Shown: positions 6,958-15,695 of the stretch, in pieces
Numbering within the stretch: the first letter of the stretch is position 1
Layout of the letters: each line of letters begins with the position of its first letter
Virus record (IMG/VR): IMGVR_UViG_3300044708_000083
Coordinates: 1 to 43,470 of that record
Reading direction: 5' to 3' (one strand)
DNA from: a virus
Lineage: Duplodnaviria; Caudoviricetes
Length of the DNA: 43,470 nucleotides
The notes under the pieces: generated by a model
Database searches by the model: none
What the model saw: the letters and a program-made list of their open reading frames with translations, nothing else
What the model was told of the DNA's origin: nothing
Program-made: the position numbers and the translations under genes

Positions 6958-8642
6958 TGGGGTGGTCCGACCTCGGCGGCCTGCTGACGGAGGATGACGA
7001 CGTGTGGCTGCGCCAGCGCCTCGCGGAGCTGGGCCGCAATCCGATCGGCACCGAGACGCTCCAGTCATTCACCGGTCCCCGGGCTGATTTCCGGCCCGCC
7101 ACGCAGACCGGCGACGGCCTCCTCGGCATCCCCGGCGGCCTCCTGTCGGCCGAGCAGGCCGACGCGATGCGCGCCGGCTCCCTCGACCTGTTCAGCCAGG
7201 CCGCCCTCGCGGGTGGCGCGCCGTCACCGGCCACGGCGGAGGCCCGGGCGGTGGCGTTGGCCCGCACTCGCGCGCCCCGGAACCCGCTGCCGTCGCGCAT
7301 GGCGGCCAGGATGACCGAGGTGCCGGATTACGACCCCGCCGCCGCGCCCTACGTGGCGCCGGATGCGCTTCCGGCGGATCCGCTGCTGGCGGGTATCGGG
7401 CACAATCGGGCGCCGGTCAGGAACGCGATCTGGGCCGCGCCGCAGACCCGTGGCGGCACCCTGACGACCACCGGTCGCATGGGCTCCAACGCCGACAAGA
7501 GCCTCGAGGATCTGGGTCTGCCGACCTACGCCGATATCGTGCCCTCGACCAACACCGGCCCGATCACCCAGGCCCAGCTGCGAGAGGGATCCCCGGTGCG
7601 CCCGGGACAGGTGTTCGACCTGTCCGACACCTGGGAGGTGCCCAAGGTGGCGCAGGAGGGTCTGCTGCGGATCGACCCCGACGCCGGCAGGCGTAAGGGC
7701 CTGCCGGAGCATATTGTCCAGGCGACCACGGATCCCGAGTTGCGGGCGAAACTTCGCACCGTCGCCGAGGCTGGCTTTAAGCAGGGCGGCGCGTACTGGT
7801 ATAATGCCGAGCCGTTACGGTTGGCGTTTGTTGCGGAACTGGGACCGGACGAGGGCAACAAGACGTTCGCGAAGTATATGTCCACCGTCGGCGCCGTTTC
7901 GGCGGGCTCCGACGTGAGCCAGAATATCCGCACCGCCTCCTACTACAACATCAAGGAGCGGCAAGGTGCGCCGGTCCAGACGATCGAAGATCTGGTGCCG
8001 CCCTACGGCCACAAAATGCAGAACACCCAGCTGAATGCTTACGGCGACCTCGCCGGAGGTCCGCTGGATCCCGAGATGCGGCCCAAGCGCGCGTCGTTTG
8101 ATGCCAATTTGCAAGGAAATCAGCGACCCGTCACCGTCGATAAGCATAACCTCCGCCTCATCGGCATGTTGTCGCGTGACCCGCGATTTTTGAACACGAC
8201 GATGGAAGCCGACGTCAACTACCCCTCGGTCGGCATCCAGAAGGGCGACAAGATCAACTGGCGCGACGCGGTGACCAGCGGGCGTATTTCGATGGATCAG
8301 GTGCTGCGAATACCGCAGGCCTGGAAGGATGTCCCCGAGGCGAACCACTACGGCGCGCTCGAGGCGTTCCAGCAGTCGCTGGCCGACGAGATGGGCGTCA
8401 CGCCCGCGCAGCTCCAGGCTGCTTTGTGGGTCGGCGGTGGCCGGGTGACCGGCCTCAAATCGCTGCCGACCTCGTTCATGGGCGCGCTCGAGGGCCGGCT
8501 CCAGAACACCGCCAAGGTGCGCGGCGGCACGCCGACCGGGGCGCTGCTCGATTTTCTTCGGGGGAAGAAACCGCTGCTGACGCCGCTCGCCGCCGGAGGG
8601 GTTGGCGCCAGCCTGCTCTATCCCGAGGAGCAACGGCAATGA
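6954..8642 (+). CDS. Putative virion-associated protein with C-terminal HhH DNA-glycosylase-like domain
   Basis: WY...; PKRASFDANLQG....VTVDKH; GVTPAQLQAALW resemble HhH-GPD-like phage proteins; GGAGG RBS. Confidence 0.55.
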   Translation: MMGWSDLGGLLTEDDDVWLRQRLAELGRNPIGTETLQSFTGPRADFRPATQTGDGLLGIPGGLLSAEQADAMRAGSLDLFSQAALAGGAPSPATAEARAVALARTRAPRNPLPSRMAARMTEVPDYDPAAAPYVAPDALPADPLLAGIGHNRAPVRNAIWAAPQTRGGTLTTTGRMGSNADKSLEDLGLPTYADIVPSTNTGPITQAQLREGSPVRPGQVFDLSDTWEVPKVAQEGLLRIDPDAGRRKGLPEHIVQATTDPELRAKLRTVAEAGFKQGGAYWYNAEPLRLAFVAELGPDEGNKTFAKYMSTVGAVSAGSDVSQNIRTASYYNIKERQGAPVQTIEDLVPPYGHKMQNTQLNAYGDLAGGPLDPEMRPKRASFDANLQGNQRPVTVDKHNLRLIGMLSRDPRFLNTTMEADVNYPSVGIQKGDKINWRDAVTSGRISMDQVLRIPQAWKDVPEANHYGALEAFQQSLADEMGVTPAQLQAALWVGGGRVTGLKSLPTSFMGALEGRLQNTAKVRGGTPTGALLDFLRGKKPLLTPLAAGGVGASLLYPEEQRQ

Positions 8643-8941
8643 CCGCGCCAGTTCGTGATCCCTCCGTCGCCCTGCACGCGGCCACCGAGGCCGCCATCGA
8701 GGCTCAGGCGACCTTGGAGGATCCTGGCCTGCGCGCCGCGTTCACGCGGCTCCAGGCGCGCTACGCCGATCAGATGCGCCGTCTGCCGCCGGAAGACCCC
8801 GTCGGCAGGGAGGGCGCCTACCTCATGCTCCGCGCGCTCGACGCGCTCGCCACTGACCTCGCCCAGGCGATCAGCGGCGTTGCCATTACGCGGCGGAATT
8901 ATCGTTCTGTCTTGAGAACGGTGGGAGATACCGATCAATGA
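8639..8941 (+). CDS. Small helical protein between portal and scaffold
   Basis: GAGGAG RBS, ATGA overlaps; typical position and size in this phage type. Confidence 0.75.
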   Translation: MTAPVRDPSVALHAATEAAIEAQATLEDPGLRAAFTRLQARYADQMRRLPPEDPVGREGAYLMLRALDALATDLAQAISGVAITRRNYRSVLRTVGDTDQ

Positions 8942-10020
8942 GTGGCACGCAGCAGCAACCGGGCACCCCCGCGCCGACACGGCCGGGATCCACGCTGAGC
9001 GAGGCGGCGGCCAGCATCGAGGCAATTCTGGACCGCGAGAGCGGCACACCGGATGCACCGACGCGGCCAACCGTGCCACGTCGCGAGCCGGCGCCTCGGG
9101 CGTCGGAGGACGCGGCGCCGTCCGAGGCCGAAACCGACCCACGCGAAACGCTGGCCGAGGTTGATGACGGCGAGATCGATGATGTGATTTCGCCTGATGA
9201 GATCGAGGAAGACGGGGCGGATGAGGCGACCGATGAAGCCGACGACGCCGAGGAGGCCACGCCCGCGCCGCGCATGCTCACCGTCAAAATCGACGGCAAG
9301 AGTGTGCAGCTGCCTGAGGCGGAGGTCGTCAGCGGCTACCTGAGGCAATCGGACTACACCAAGAAGACCATGGCCAACGCCGAGGAGCGCCGCGCGCTTC
9401 AGGTCGAGGCCCAGGTGCTTCGCACGGAGCGGGCGCAATACGCCGAGCTGCTGCCGAAACTGCATGAGCAATACAAGGCCCTGACCGAGCTACCGGAGCC
9501 CGACTGGCCCGCGCTGATGCAGCATGATCCCGTCGAATACGCGCGGCAGCGCGAGATATGGGATGACCTCGGCCGCAAGAAACAGGCCGCGCAACAGGAA
9601 GGGTTGCGTCTGTGGCAGCTGGGCGAGGAGCAGCGGCGGCGAGATCGCGCCGAACTGTTGGTCCGTGAGCGGGAACTCATCAAGGAGCGAGTGCCCGCCT
9701 GGGCTGACGATACGCGATGGAAACAGGTCACCCAGATGGCGCGCAAATACGCCGAGGAGCTGGGCTACACCGAGGAGCAGATCCGCGAGGTCGTTGATCA
9801 CAGGGCTGTGTTGGTCCTGTTTCAGGCCGCGCGCTACGCCCAGCTGGCCAAACGCGGTCTGGCGGTTCCGAACCCGCCGCGCCGCGAAGCCAGCCCATCG
9901 CCCGAGCCGGGCCCGCATCCGACCCGCCGTCGCCTGTCGGCGCACACACAGGCAAAACAGCGTTTCGCGAAATCACATTCAGTCGCCGATGCGGCGACTG
10001 TCATTCGTGGCCTCCTGTGA
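8938..10020 (+). CDS. Capsid scaffolding protein
   Basis: Acidic N-terminus, VKIDGK...GYLRQSDYTKKT, DP.EY, DHRAVLVL; directly upstream of the MCP. Confidence 0.88.
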   Translation: MSGTQQQPGTPAPTRPGSTLSEAAASIEAILDRESGTPDAPTRPTVPRREPAPRASEDAAPSEAETDPRETLAEVDDGEIDDVISPDEIEEDGADEATDEADDAEEATPAPRMLTVKIDGKSVQLPEAEVVSGYLRQSDYTKKTMANAEERRALQVEAQVLRTERAQYAELLPKLHEQYKALTELPEPDWPALMQHDPVEYARQREIWDDLGRKKQAAQQEGLRLWQLGEEQRRRDRAELLVRERELIKERVPAWADDTRWKQVTQMARKYAEELGYTEEQIREVVDHRAVLVLFQAARYAQLAKRGLAVPNPPRREASPSPEPGPHPTRRRLSAHTQAKQRFAKSHSVADAATVIRGLL

Positions 10021-10032
10021 TGGAGCGAGCAA

Positions 10033-11523
10033 ATGCCGAAAGTAACCAATGCCTTCACGACTTATCAGGCGAAGGGTAACCGTGAAGATCTCGCCGACGT
10101 CATCTTCAATGTTGATCCGTCGGATGTGCCGTTCATTTCGATGTCCGATACGCGATCGATCTCCAATGTGATGTTTGATTGGCAGACCGAGCATCTGCCG
10201 GCCGTCAATCCGACGAATGCTCAGGTCGAGGGTTTCGTGCTGACGCGGTCGGCGGCGACGCCGACGGTGCGAATTGGTAACGTCGCGCAGATCAGTAATC
10301 GCGACGCGACCGTCTCTGGCACCCAGGAGGCCGCCGACGCGGCGGGCAAATCCGGCGAGATGGCGCACCAGATGGTGTTGGTGGGCAAGGCGCTCAAGCG
10401 CGACATGGAGACGATCCTGTTGGGTCCACACCCTTACAACGCGGGCGCCGACGACGTGACCGCGCGCAACACGCGCGGCCTCGAGCATTGGATCACCACC
10501 AATGCGTTTTATGGCGCGACCGGCGCGAACCCGGTCAGCGCCACGGCGCCGATCACGCCCGGCACGCCGCGCGCGTTCACCGAGGCGATGCTCGCCGACG
10601 CGATCCAGCAAACTTATGACAACGGCGGCGAGCCGGATCACCTGTTGATGGGCTCATACATCAAGCGGGTGTTCAGCACATTCGAGGGGCGTCAGGACAG
10701 CCGCAGGACCGTGGACACCGACGAGGTCGTGGCGTCGGTGGATTTCTATGTGTCCGACTTTGGCGAGGTGAAAGCGTATCCATGTCGTAACATCACCAAA
10801 AGCACGGTGATTGGTTGGGATCCGGCGTTCAGCAAAATCGCCTACTACCGGAAACTGGACCGGATCGACATCGGCACGATTGGTGACGCGACGACCAAGC
10901 TGATCCTGTCCGAGTATGGGCTCCAGTGCAGCAACGAGGCGGCCCACTTCAAGATCGCCGATTTGATCACCTCGGGCCCGATCACCCTGGCGGCGCGGTT
11001 CAGTCAGACCGATCGCGTGATCGGCGGTGTGATGGGTGCCGCCGCGACCGGCGACGCCACGCCTCAGATGGGCCCCGACGGACGCCTGCGGATCATCAAT
11101 CCGCAGGGTGAGGCCGTCCCCTTTGACGGCAGCACGACCGGCACGGTGCTGTCCAAAGAGGGCGACGTCCTGGTGTCTCCAGGCTCGACCGGCCCGGTGC
11201 CCTACGCCGGCCTGAACCCGGGCGACCTCCCGGTGCCGCCCGCCAACGCGAGGCGCGGGGCGTCCCAACCGGCCCCCGTCGCGGAGCAGGGGACGGCGCC
11301 CGGCGCGCTGACGCTGTCCACTGGTGGCAACCCCTCGGAGGCGGTCGCCAAGGCCGCCACCGGGGTCCGGGGGACCGTGGTGTGGGGTGATGGCTCCGCC
11401 GACGCCAAGGCCAGTCACGCTGGTGCGAGGCACACATTCGAGACGCCGGGCGATTACGTCGTGCGGCTGGTCGATGAGGCCGGCGTGCTGCTCGACACCC
11501 AGACGTTCCACGTTCCGATCTAA
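10033..11523 (+). CDS. Major capsid protein (DUF5309/SU10-like HK97 fold) with C-terminal PKD/Ig-like extension
   Basis: GNREDL.D.I, F.WQT..L, GN..QI, LKRDME, YVSDFG and E.AH.KIADL (core ends ~aa 311); tail motif WGDG...H.F..PG.Y.V.L. Confidence 0.92.
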   Translation: MPKVTNAFTTYQAKGNREDLADVIFNVDPSDVPFISMSDTRSISNVMFDWQTEHLPAVNPTNAQVEGFVLTRSAATPTVRIGNVAQISNRDATVSGTQEAADAAGKSGEMAHQMVLVGKALKRDMETILLGPHPYNAGADDVTARNTRGLEHWITTNAFYGATGANPVSATAPITPGTPRAFTEAMLADAIQQTYDNGGEPDHLLMGSYIKRVFSTFEGRQDSRRTVDTDEVVASVDFYVSDFGEVKAYPCRNITKSTVIGWDPAFSKIAYYRKLDRIDIGTIGDATTKLILSEYGLQCSNEAAHFKIADLITSGPITLAARFSQTDRVIGGVMGAAATGDATPQMGPDGRLRIINPQGEAVPFDGSTTGTVLSKEGDVLVSPGSTGPVPYAGLNPGDLPVPPANARRGASQPAPVAEQGTAPGALTLSTGGNPSEAVAKAATGVRGTVVWGDGSADAKASHAGARHTFETPGDYVVRLVDEAGVLLDTQTFHVPI

Positions 11524-11533
11524 CTGAAGGGAG

Positions 11534-11555
11534 GCGGCGGGCGCGAGCCCGCCGC
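11534..11555 (+). promoter_or_regulatory. GNRA-capped hairpin between the SD and start codon of the post-capsid gene
   Basis: GCGGCGGGC-GCGA-GCCCGCCGC; SD AAGGGAGG at 11527-11534; ATG at 11563. Confidence 0.6.
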
Positions 11556-11562
11556 GCCTGCC

Positions 11563-11862
11563 ATGTCGTTTCGCGCGCTCTTCGACAGCTCCGGCGGTGT
11601 CCTGCGCTGGGTGTCGGTCACCCCCGGCGACGATGCCGTGGTCGTCCATGACGAGCAGGAGGTCGGCCGGATCCTGCGCGCCAACCAGCGCGACGCCGAC
11701 GTCGACCAGACCGGCCGGCATTTCCGGCTCGTCGCGCGCGTGCCGATCGCGATCATCAACAAGGCCCGCGCCGAGGGCTGGCAGCACGATGAGCAAAAGT
11801 GGCGGCGGTGGCTGAATGATCCCGACAACAGGGCGTTCCGCGTCTGGCCGGGGAGGGTCTGA
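11563..11862 (+). CDS. Small conserved virion-module protein
   Basis: VARVP...WLNDPDNRAFR motif typical of the gene following this MCP family. Confidence 0.8.
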   Translation: MSFRALFDSSGGVLRWVSVTPGDDAVVVHDEQEVGRILRANQRDADVDQTGRHFRLVARVPIAIINKARAEGWQHDEQKWRRWLNDPDNRAFRVWPGRV

Positions 11863-12528
11863 ATGGCACTCGGCAACTATAATGATCTGTTAACGACAAT
11901 TCCGCGCTGGCTGAACAAGCGTGACCTCGACGGCATGGCCGGTGATTTCATCGTCCTGACCGAGACGGAATTACAGTCGCGGCTGCGCTCGCGCGAGATG
12001 CAGACGACGGTCGACGCGATGGTCAACTGCGCCGCCACGGCGCTGCCGGCCGACTGGCTCGACGCGACGCGGCTGTGGATGGACGGCGCCGAGCGCGCTC
12101 TTAAATTCTGCACGCCCGATGCACTGGAGGAGATCCGTCGGCGGAACGCCGGTTGCGCGCCCACGCACTACAGCTGGACCGACAGCGCCATCGAGCTGGC
12201 GCCGGTCCCGACCGGCGAGCTGCTGCTGCATATGACGTATTATCGTCGGATCCCGACACTGTCGGTTGACGCGCCGACCAACTGGCTCACCACGCGCGAT
12301 GTTGGAATTTATCTCTTCGGTGCGCTGACGAAGGCGTCGCCCTATCTGCTCGATGACGCGCGCGTCGCCACCTGGGCCAAGGAATACGACGGCCGGATCG
12401 CCGCGCTTAATTTGTCGTCTCAGGTCGCGCTGCACTCTGGCGGGCCGCTCACGCGGCGGGTCCGAGGCTACGGGCGTGGCGTCAATCCCGTCCCGTGGAG
12501 TGCTTCGGCCGGGGGCTGGAAGCGATGA
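11863..12528 (+). CDS. Head-tail adaptor protein
   Basis: Y.DL...I..WL.R.DL....FI.L.E, LP.D, P.P......YY, NWL......YL.G.L; position after MCP. Confidence 0.8.
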   Translation: MALGNYNDLLTTIPRWLNKRDLDGMAGDFIVLTETELQSRLRSREMQTTVDAMVNCAATALPADWLDATRLWMDGAERALKFCTPDALEEIRRRNAGCAPTHYSWTDSAIELAPVPTGELLLHMTYYRRIPTLSVDAPTNWLTTRDVGIYLFGALTKASPYLLDDARVATWAKEYDGRIAALNLSSQVALHSGGPLTRRVRGYGRGVNPVPWSASAGGWKR

Positions 12529-13967
12529 GCCAGACCCTCCTCTCCCGGCCGCCGCCGATCGATCCGCTGGTTGCAGCCCTGGCCAGCGATCCCGAGGCGC
12601 TGCGGGCGCTGCGCCTGGAGACAAAGCGTCTCCTGTCGGAGCGCACCATTGAACTTTACGAGCCCTATCCCAAACAGGAGGCGTTCCACGCGCACGGCAA
12701 GACGTTTCGCGAGCGTCTCCTTCTGGCGTCGAACCAGACCGGCAAGACCTACTGTGCCAGCGCCGAGATGTCCTACCACCTCACCGGCAATTATCCGATC
12801 TGGTGGCAGGGCCGGACATTCCACGATCCGATCGCCGCCTGGGCGATCGGCGTCTCCAGTGAGCTGACCCGCGACAGCTGCCAGCGGCTGCTGTTTGGCC
12901 GCGCCTCCGCCCCCGGCACCGGGCTCGTGCCCAAGCGGCTGATCGTGGACACCACCGCCTCGCGCGGCGTGTCCGACGCTTACGATACCGTCACGGTGCG
13001 GCACGTCTCCGGCGGCAATTCCACCATCGGATTTAAGTCATACCAGCAGGACCGCGCCAAATTGCAGGCGGAGACGCTCGACGTCGTGTGGATGGACGAG
13101 GAGCCGCCCTACGACATTTACGCCGAGGCCGTTACGCGGACGAACGCATCGAATGGCATGATCATGCTGACGTTCACGCCGCTCGAGGGCATGTCCGAGG
13201 TCGTGCGGCTGTTCTACCCAAGACCGACGACGCCGGATCGCATCCTGATCCAGATGACGATTGACGATGCCGCTCATTTCACGCCGGAGCAGCGCAAGCG
13301 CATCGTCGCGTTTTATAAACCGCACGAACGCGAGGCGCGCACGCGCGGCATTCCGCAGCTGGGGTCGGGCAAGGTTTTCGCGGTTCCCGAGGATGCCTTC
13401 GTCATCGAGGCGTTCGTGATCCCACGTCACTGGCCGCGTTTGATGGGCATCGACCTCGGCTATGATCACCCGTTTGGGGCGGTGAACATCGCGCACGATC
13501 GCGAGGCCGACGCGGTCTACGTCACCCACGCCCTTTCGGTCACGCAACATACCGTCGCGCAGCACGCGGCCATTCTTAAAGGCTGGGGATCCCTCACTCC
13601 GGTGGCGTGGCCGCACGACGCGGCGTCGCACGACCGCACGTCGGGCGAGCCCATCGCGGAACTGTATCGCAAGCAGGGCCTGAAAATGTGTTTCGAGCAT
13701 GCCACATTTCCCGAGGGCGGTTTCGGCATCGAGGCGTCGATCGCCGACATGATCGACCGGCTCGAGAGCGGCCGGCTTAAGATTTTCTCACACCTGTCCG
13801 ATCTGCTCGAGGAGCTGCGGAATTATCACCGCAAGGACGGCCGGCCGGTCAAACAGCACGACGACGTGATCTCGGCGCTGCGCTACGCGCTGATGATGCT
13901 GCGGTTCGCGCGCGTGCCGACCCTCGGTGGTGGCGGCGCCATCAAACGCAATCTGCGGGTGGTGTGA
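12525..13967 (+). CDS. terL: Terminase large subunit (P22-like)
   Basis: PYPKQ, Walker A ASNQTGKT, FKSYQQ, Walker B WMDEEP, TFTPLEG, nuclease GIDLGYDHP and DD.ISA.RYA. Confidence 0.95.
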   Translation: MSQTLLSRPPPIDPLVAALASDPEALRALRLETKRLLSERTIELYEPYPKQEAFHAHGKTFRERLLLASNQTGKTYCASAEMSYHLTGNYPIWWQGRTFHDPIAAWAIGVSSELTRDSCQRLLFGRASAPGTGLVPKRLIVDTTASRGVSDAYDTVTVRHVSGGNSTIGFKSYQQDRAKLQAETLDVVWMDEEPPYDIYAEAVTRTNASNGMIMLTFTPLEGMSEVVRLFYPRPTTPDRILIQMTIDDAAHFTPEQRKRIVAFYKPHEREARTRGIPQLGSGKVFAVPEDAFVIEAFVIPRHWPRLMGIDLGYDHPFGAVNIAHDREADAVYVTHALSVTQHTVAQHAAILKGWGSLTPVAWPHDAASHDRTSGEPIAELYRKQGLKMCFEHATFPEGGFGIEASIADMIDRLESGRLKIFSHLSDLLEELRNYHRKDGRPVKQHDDVISALRYALMMLRFARVPTLGGGGAIKRNLRVV

Positions 13968-14386
13968 TGAGCGGCACCACCTATGGCGCGTTCAGCGACT
14001 ATTTGGAGCGGCAGCTGCTGGGCCACGTGTTCTGCGGCATCCCGTTTTCACGCCCCCCGGCGCTGTTCGTGTCGCTGTTCACGACGGCGCCGAGCGACGC
14101 CGGGCCGGGCACCGAGCCGCCCGCCGCCCTCGGCTATGACCGGGTCGCCGTGACGTTCGCACTGGGCCCGGCGCTGACCGACGGCTCCTCGAGTGCCTCC
14201 AATACCAACGTGATCCAGTTCGCGGCCGCCAGCGCCGGCTGGGGCGTCGTGCAGTGGGTCGGCGTGCATGACGCGGCCAGCGGCGGCAACCTCCTCGCCT
14301 GGGGCGCCCTGACCTCGTCCAGGCCCGTCAACCAGGGTGACGCCGTGCGCTTCGGTGTCGCGCAGCTCGCGCTGGGCCTCCAGTGA
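13964..14386 (+). CDS. Virion structural/tail-associated protein
   Basis: FSDYLE..LL.H, V.LFT..P.D, Y.R..V.F, WG.....G..DA..GGNLL pattern of small phage structural proteins. Confidence 0.75.
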   Translation: MMSGTTYGAFSDYLERQLLGHVFCGIPFSRPPALFVSLFTTAPSDAGPGTEPPAALGYDRVAVTFALGPALTDGSSSASNTNVIQFAAASAGWGVVQWVGVHDAASGGNLLAWGALTSSRPVNQGDAVRFGVAQLALGLQ

Positions 14387-14703
14387 CCTACCGGGGGCGC
14401 CCCTACGGTTTGCTCGCCTCGGGCTGGGGGCCTTACTCCCAGTGGCGTCACGTGGAGCTGTCCGCCGCGCTGCGGGGTCGCGCCTCGATCCGCGCCCTGG
14501 CGGATTTTCCGTTGTTGCCGGAGCAGCTCCGCGTGCCGGTCATGGTGGGACGCGGCAGCTTGTTGGCCGACCTCCAGATCCAGTGGCGACCGCCGGTCGT
14601 TCCACCCGGCGAATGGCTCCCCGGTGTCCCGTGCGACGCGGTCTGGGCCACGTCGGTTCCCTGCCCCGCGACGTGGGCGCCAACGGAGGCCTGTCATGGC
14701 TGA
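14383..14703 (+). CDS. Hypothetical structural protein
   Basis: GTGA overlap; YG...G.G.YS motif; lies within the tail cluster. Confidence 0.6.
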   Translation: MTYRGRPYGLLASGWGPYSQWRHVELSAALRGRASIRALADFPLLPEQLRVPVMVGRGSLLADLQIQWRPPVVPPGEWLPGVPCDAVWATSVPCPATWAPTEACHG

Positions 14704-15427
14704 TACGTTCACCGCCGCGCTCAATCTGTGCAAGCCGGAGATCAACGCGTCGCTCGAGACGTGGGGTATCAAACTTAATTCCGACCTCGATCTGATCGAC
14801 ACGCACGCGGCCGCCGTGATCCAGTTCATGGCCGCCGCCGAGAACGCGGTCAACGACGCGATCAACGCGGCGGTCGCCGCCGCGATGCCGTCCAAATCGA
14901 TCATCGCGTGGTATGGCCAGCCCAACGCGGTGCCCGCCGGGTGGCTATTGTGCAACGGCCAGAACGGCACGCCCAACCTCTCCGATCGTTTCATTAAGGG
15001 GACGGCCGGGTTGCAGGCGGTGGGCTCGAGCGGCGGCTCCGATCACTGGTCCGGCGCCAGCGCGGCGGGCGGCGCGCACGATCATGGCGGCGCCGTCAAT
15101 GGCACGGCGATCACCTACGATCAGATGCCAGTGCATAAACACCAGGGCCAGACCGACGCGCAGGGTTTGCACAGCCACGGCGTCGTTGGCGGGGAGTTTG
15201 TCGTCACCCAGGCCGGCGGCGGCGGCGGCCTGCCGGGCGGTGCTGGTTACGGGGTGTCGGCCAACACCAACCTCGCTGGCGACCACAGCCACAATATCGA
15301 TACCGACTGGCAAGGCGGCGGTCAGGCGCACGCGCACGGCGTCGCTTTCGCGGGCGACCACACGCATCAGGTCAGTGGTCCGATGGATCCGCCGTGGGTG
15401 GCCCTTTTATACATCATGAAGGAGTAA
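14696..15427 (+). CDS. Short tail fibre with tail-collar domain and HxH metal-binding motifs
   Basis: I..WYG....VP.GWLLCNG.NGTPNL.DRF collar motif; six HxH motifs; GGAGG RBS before ATG 14696. Confidence 0.85.
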   Translation: MADTFTAALNLCKPEINASLETWGIKLNSDLDLIDTHAAAVIQFMAAAENAVNDAINAAVAAAMPSKSIIAWYGQPNAVPAGWLLCNGQNGTPNLSDRFIKGTAGLQAVGSSGGSDHWSGASAAGGAHDHGGAVNGTAITYDQMPVHKHQGQTDAQGLHSHGVVGGEFVVTQAGGGGGLPGGAGYGVSANTNLAGDHSHNIDTDWQGGGQAHAHGVAFAGDHTHQVSGPMDPPWVALLYIMKE

Positions 15428-15431
15428 CGAC

Positions 15432-15695
15432 ATGCCAACGTCCACACCACGACTTGGTCTGCTGATGCCGATTGATGGCGGTGACGACGACGCCTGGGGG
15501 CCGATGCTCAACCAGAACGCTCAGACCCTGGACGACGTGATCGCGACGCAGGCGGCGCTGGGTGACTATCTGCCGCTGCCCGGGGGCACGATGCGCGGCC
15601 GGCTGCTGCTGGCCAGCCAGGAGCCCGAGGATCCGCTCGAGGCGGCCAGCAAATACTATGTCGAAAACCACGTGATCGACGGGGGGAATTTCTGA
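15432..15695 (+). CDS. Small tail-associated protein
   Basis: AAGGAG RBS; T.RLGL..P....D.WG..LN.N...LD, YLPL.GGTM.G, IDGG.F. Confidence 0.75.
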   Translation: MPTSTPRLGLLMPIDGGDDDAWGPMLNQNAQTLDDVIATQAALGDYLPLPGGTMRGRLLLASQEPEDPLEAASKYYVENHVIDGGNF

